Shown in pieces: positions 59,148 to 64,000 of a stretch of 64,000 bases of DNA (position 1 is the stretch's first letter; the number at the start of each line of letters is the position of its first letter). The notes beneath the pieces were generated by a model, which saw only the letters and a program-made list of their open reading frames with translations, searched no databases and was not told where the DNA came from. This stretch comes from Patescibacteria group bacterium (GTDB taxonomy: Bacteria > Patescibacteriota > Microgenomatia > UBA1400 > PJMF01): contig JBMORP010000006.1 in the NCBI GenBank assembly GCA_049322655.1, forward strand, positions 448,410 to 512,409. The letters run 5' to 3'. The position numbers were made by a program, and so were the translations under genes.

Positions 59148-60941
59148 ATGGAAAACAAGCTTGCTCACATCAGAAATTTTTCAATTATTGCTCACATTGA
59201 TCATGGGAAAACTACTCTCACTGACTCATTTTTAAAAGCAACTAATACGATTTCCAAAAATGAAACTCGACAAAGAGTGATGGACTCAAATCCAATCGAA
59301 CAAGAAAAAGGCGTAACCATCAAACTTGCTCCAGTCATGATGAACTATGAGCTAAATGGTAAAAACTACCAACTCAACTTGATTGATACACCAGGTCATG
59401 TCGACTTTGGCTATGAAGTTAGTAGATCACTGGCTGCTTGTGAAGGAGCCCTCTTACTAATTGATGCAACTCAAGGTGTACAGGCACAGACACTAGCCAA
59501 CTTTGAAAAAGCTAAAGCCTTAGGCCTTAAAATTATTCCTGTGATCAATAAAATTGACTTGCCTTCGGCAGATATTGACCAAGTCACTCTTGAAATCATG
59601 GAGCTGCTTGGAGTAACAGAACAAGAAATTTATAAAACATCAGCCAAAAATAACCTCGGCATTGAAGAAGTTCTCCAAGCTATTGTAGAAAAAATCCCAG
59701 CTCCAACTGGAGATTTAACTAAACCAACTAAAGCAATGGTGATAACTTCTTTATTCGATAGTCATCAAGGGGTTATTGCTTATCTAAGAGTAATTGACGG
59801 CAAACTAACCAAAGCACCCATGCATTTACTCTCAACAGAAACTACTTTTCAACCCATTAGTTTGGGAATTTTTAGACCTGAAAGAGTTGCAAAAAATGAG
59901 TTGGCGGCCGGTGATGTGGGTTATGTAGCCACCGGTTTAAAGGATATCTCTCTCGTTAAGGTGGGTGACACTTTAACACTGCACCAGGATAAAGATAAAG
60001 TTACTAGATTGGCAGGCTATAAAGAGCCTACCCCAATGGTTTTTATGGAGCTTTATCCAATTGATGCTAATGATTTTACTGCTTTAAAAGACGCTTTTGA
60101 AAAGCTGTCATTACATGACTCAGCTTTACAAAGCAAACCAACCCACTCAACAGCTTTGGGCAATGGTTTAAGAGTTGGGTTTTTGGGGATTTTTCATGCC
60201 GAAATTGTACGAGAACGTTTAACTAGAGAATTTGACTTGGATTTAATTGCCACGGCACCATCAGTGAGTTATCAAATCACCAACAAACAAGGAAACAAAA
60301 TTATCGTTAACACTCCAGCAGAGTTCCCTGATCCAAGTTTAATCCAAACCATTGAAGAACCAATGGTTAAAGCAACGATTTTTACTCCAGAAGATTATGT
60401 TGGCACTGTTTATAAACTAGCCAGAGAAAAAAGAGGTGTTTTAACTAATACCATTGGAGCTGGTACTAGAGTTAGATTGGAGTACCAAATTCCCCTAGCA
60501 GAGCTTATCACTGATTTTCATGATCTACTCAAATCGGCTACTTCTGGTTTTGCTTCTTTGGAATATGAGCTAGATGGTTATCAACTAGTGAATGCCATTA
60601 AAGTCGATATTATGATCAACAAAGAATCGATCGAGGCGCTTAGTTTTATTACTGTCAAAGAAAAGGCTGAACAAAAAGGCAGAGACTTAGTCAAAAAACT
60701 TAAAGAAGTTGTGCCCCGCCAAATGTTTGAAGTGCCAATTCAAGCTGCTATTGGTGGCAAAATCATTGCTCGTGAAACTATTAAAGCCTACCGCAAAGAT
60801 GTCACTGCCAAACTTTATGGGGGTGATGTAACTAGAAGAATGAAGCTCTTACGAAAACAAAGTAAGGGTAAGAAAAAAATGAAATCTATCGGCAAGGTTG
60901 AACTAAATCAAGAAACATTTTTGGCAGTATTAAAGACCTAA
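59148..60941 (+). CDS. lepA: Elongation factor 4 (LepA)
   Basis: IRNFSIIAHIDHGKT, DTPGHVDF, RKDVTAKLYGGD. Confidence 0.98.
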   Translation: MENKLAHIRNFSIIAHIDHGKTTLTDSFLKATNTISKNETRQRVMDSNPIEQEKGVTIKLAPVMMNYELNGKNYQLNLIDTPGHVDFGYEVSRSLAACEGALLLIDATQGVQAQTLANFEKAKALGLKIIPVINKIDLPSADIDQVTLEIMELLGVTEQEIYKTSAKNNLGIEEVLQAIVEKIPAPTGDLTKPTKAMVITSLFDSHQGVIAYLRVIDGKLTKAPMHLLSTETTFQPISLGIFRPERVAKNELAAGDVGYVATGLKDISLVKVGDTLTLHQDKDKVTRLAGYKEPTPMVFMELYPIDANDFTALKDAFEKLSLHDSALQSKPTHSTALGNGLRVGFLGIFHAEIVRERLTREFDLDLIATAPSVSYQITNKQGNKIIVNTPAEFPDPSLIQTIEEPMVKATIFTPEDYVGTVYKLAREKRGVLTNTIGAGTRVRLEYQIPLAELITDFHDLLKSATSGFASLEYELDGYQLVNAIKVDIMINKESIEALSFITVKEKAEQKGRDLVKKLKEVVPRQMFEVPIQAAIGGKIIARETIKAYRKDVTAKLYGGDVTRRMKLLRKQSKGKKKMKSIGKVELNQETFLAVLKT

Positions 60942-60950
60942 AGTTGTAAT

Positions 60951-60978
60951 AAAAAACCCCTCAGCTAAGAGGGGTTTT
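60951..60978. terminator. Bidirectional terminator
   Basis: AAAAAACCCCTC...GAGGGGTTTTT. Confidence 0.8.
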
Positions 60979-61004
60979 TAAGTTATTTCAAATAAATTAA
61001 TTTT

Positions 61005-61805
61005 TTATAAAGCTGCGGAGTATTCTTTGAGATAAATAATCTTTGCTTCATCTTGAATTCCTTGAACCCAATTTTGAATTTCTTCATTAATTTTTGAAGA
61101 TTTCAGTTGTTCTTTGACTAGTTCTCTCATCGAATCAAGATCGGAACCCTCTGGGAAAAACTCCTTGTTTTCTTCCATATAGGCATCAACTTCTTCTTCG
61201 GTAATCTCAATTTTGTCAGCAACAATTTTTTCGGCACTCTTTTGCAACACAATATCTTCAATTAATTGATCTTTAGTCATACCTTGATCTGCCAAGGCTT
61301 GGTCTAAAGACATCCCCTGAGCCAGGATTCTATCCTCAATCTCTTTAATCGCAGCATCAATTTCGGCTTGTTCTACTTTGATTCCAGAGCTATCGATTGC
61401 TTGCTTAACTAGTTTTTCAGTAATAATCGAATCAAGAATTTGTCGACCACCTTGTTCTTCCAACCGTTGAATCACTGTCCAACGATAAACTGGCTTACCA
61501 TTAACCATGGCTACAACAAATATATCTTTCAACAAATAACCAACTCCCAAAAACAATAACGCAGCGACCAAAATAACTACATTTTTTTGGTTAGCAAAGA
61601 ACTTTTTCACATTATCTAGTCCTGGTGATAATGGTGTTGCTGCTGTTACAACGGGTTTAACTACCTTTTTTGGAGCTGTTTCAGTAATTTTCTTAGTTAC
61701 TGCTACTGATTTTTTGCCACTAGTCTTAGTTGTTTTTTTGGCAACTGTAGACTTATTTGTACGAGTAGGAGTTTTTTTGCTCTTTTTTGTGGTTGTTTTT
61801 GACAT
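61005..61805 (-). CDS. SurA/PrsA N-terminal-domain chaperone without PPIase domain
   Basis: Lys/Thr-rich N-tail, TM helix, VAMVNG.P, helical chaperone body. Confidence 0.75.
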   Translation of the reverse strand: MSKTTTKKSKKTPTRTNKSTVAKKTTKTSGKKSVAVTKKITETAPKKVVKPVVTAATPLSPGLDNVKKFFANQKNVVILVAALLFLGVGYLLKDIFVVAMVNGKPVYRWTVIQRLEEQGGRQILDSIITEKLVKQAIDSSGIKVEQAEIDAAIKEIEDRILAQGMSLDQALADQGMTKDQLIEDIVLQKSAEKIVADKIEITEEEVDAYMEENKEFFPEGSDLDSMRELVKEQLKSSKINEEIQNWVQGIQDEAKIIYLKEYSAAL

Positions 61806-61877
61806 TCCTTGAATGTATCAAACCTTCTGCAAAATGCCTAGACCTGATTTAAAAATGCTATAATAAGGTTTATTGCT

Positions 61878-62576
61878 ATGCCTGAAATATTTAATGCTTC
61901 TAACCAGGCTAAAAAGAAAGACCAAGTGACTCAAAACTCTGCTGATGCTCCATCAACTACTAAAAAACGTCATTCTGTTGATGAGTATTCAGAAATCATG
62001 AGACAAGAAAAACCACAAAAAAATTATCTTGCCTCTTTTTTGCCCAAACCATTTAAAATCGGTTTTGATACCCAAATGGATGGAGAGCAAATCGTTTTGG
62101 TTCTCAGACAACACCCTATTACCTTGATTAAAAAAGTAGCAACTATTCTAGTAATGTTGCTAATGCCAATTATATTGCCCAAGGTATCATTTGTTGATTT
62201 TTTCCCACTTTCCTACCAATCAGCTATGGTTTTGGGTTGGTATACCATTACTTTAGGCTTTGCTCTAGAAACATTTTTAGTGTGGTTCTTTAGTGTTTTT
62301 ATTATTACTGATGAACGAATTATTGATGTGGATTTTTTGTCATTATTATTCAAAGATATTTCCTCAGCCAAAATAGATGCTATCCAAGACATTAGCTCAA
62401 AGACTGGAGGAATGTTGGCCACAGTAGTAGATTATGGCACTGTTTATATCCAAACAGCTGGAGAAAAAACCGAGATCCAGTTTGAAAATGTGCCCCAACC
62501 AGCCAAAGTAGCCGCTATTTTAAATGAATTGCTTTTAGAAGAAGAAAAAGAAAAGATAGAAGGAAGAGTAAGATAA
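61878..62576 (+). CDS. Bacterial PH-domain (bPH_2-like) membrane protein
   Basis: Two TM helices, IITDERII, IQD......G......DYGTV.IQTAG. Confidence 0.75.
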   Translation: MPEIFNASNQAKKKDQVTQNSADAPSTTKKRHSVDEYSEIMRQEKPQKNYLASFLPKPFKIGFDTQMDGEQIVLVLRQHPITLIKKVATILVMLLMPIILPKVSFVDFFPLSYQSAMVLGWYTITLGFALETFLVWFFSVFIITDERIIDVDFLSLLFKDISSAKIDAIQDISSKTGGMLATVVDYGTVYIQTAGEKTEIQFENVPQPAKVAAILNELLLEEEKEKIEGRVR

Positions 62577-62800
62577 TGACAACAAATTTTAGTTTTCCCT
62601 TATTAATGATCTTTAAATATCTACTTATTTCAGCTTCTTTCTTTTACTTAATCTTTGCTTTTGTCGTGATCAGACAAATCTCAATCATGAAGAGAACTTT
62701 AATCACCCCTGTTTCTGGGAAAATTACGTTGCTTGGTTGGATCCACTTTGGCTTTGCCCTAACCGTTTTATTTTCATTTTTGTTTTTCGTTCAACCATAA
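62576..62800 (+). CDS. Small membrane protein (DUF5657-like)
   Basis: YLIFA.VVIRQ...M...L pattern. Confidence 0.6.
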   Translation: MTTNFSFPLLMIFKYLLISASFFYLIFAFVVIRQISIMKRTLITPVSGKITLLGWIHFGFALTVLFSFLFFVQP

Positions 62801-63028
62801 ATAAAAAGCTTAAAGTTGAGTGTTCTAATCTAGTTTTAAACATAATAGGATTTGTCTTGTGGAAATAAATAACTATCAACAAAAGCCTCATTTCCAACCC
62901 AAAAAAATGGGTAAGCTTAAAAATAAAAAAACACCACCACCTACGACAACAAATTTCCCTAGTTAAACAAGCCAAATTTGATTTTTCAGGAATTAATTTT
63001 AACAACTAGACGTAAAAAAAGCGCTTTA

Positions 63029-63146
63029 TTCTGGCCTCGACCTATCTTCGCATTCCAACGAGGGAAAACTATTGTCAGCGCTGAGGCGTTTCAAGACTCT
63101 GTTCGGGATGGGAAGAGTTGGTACCACCTCGCTCTAGAGACCAGAA
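63029..63146 (-). rRNA. rrf: 5S rRNA
   Basis: Minus strand CCATCCCGAAC conserved loop; terminal TTCTGG/CCAGAA helix; follows 23S. Confidence 0.92.
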
Positions 63147-63255
63147 TAAAACGCTTTTATGTTAATTTAGAGTATTGTACTCTAAAAGGTGAAGAGAAAT
63201 TGTCATCTGACAGCTTATTGTCGCGAATTCATAATGTAAATTTTTAATACTAATT

Positions 63256-64000
<745 letters not shown>

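Noticed and set aside
1107-62422. Numerous short antisense or off-frame ORFs inside sodA, pnp, infB, dnaJ, dnaK, trpB, groL, nrdJ, PBPs and others
   Set aside because: They overlap well-supported genes and have no recognisable motifs; shadow ORFs.

Overview
A 64-kb segment of a low-GC, compact bacterial chromosome. Its gene content points to a Patescibacteria/CPR organism, probably Microgenomates-like (inference from the N-terminally truncated IF2, short HrcA, stand-alone 5'-3' exonuclease, GT-C/YfhO glycosylation genes, PilN/PilO, and DUF5667/5668/5657-like genes). Most of it is housekeeping and lies largely on the minus strand: pnp-rpsO-infB-nusA, dnaJ, hrcA-grpE-dnaK, ftsH, trpB-trpS, a Xer-like recombinase, groES-groEL, a tsaC-tsaE fusion plus tsaD, smpB, cmk, two class A PBPs, nrdR-nrdJ, murJ, rpsT, lepA, two CAT tRNAs, 5S rRNA and the 3' end of 23S rRNA. 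I saw no CRISPR array, IS element or prophage. The most notable observations are: (1) tandem Trp leader-peptide attenuators upstream of a lone trpB-trpS; (2) a class A PBP with three cytoplasmic AT-hook motifs; (3) two compositionally foreign lipoprotein genes sharing a consensus promoter, hairpin, boxA-like motif and terminator layout; (4) a HEPN RNase / Walker-A-variant kinase / degenerate CPBP operon; (5) a GroES with a Cys-pair insertion; (6) a non-canonical initiator tRNA and a T-loop-interrupted tRNA fragment duplication; and (7) four variant CIRCE operators and tandem NrdR boxes. All family assignments come from motif recognition by eye; no database searches were run.
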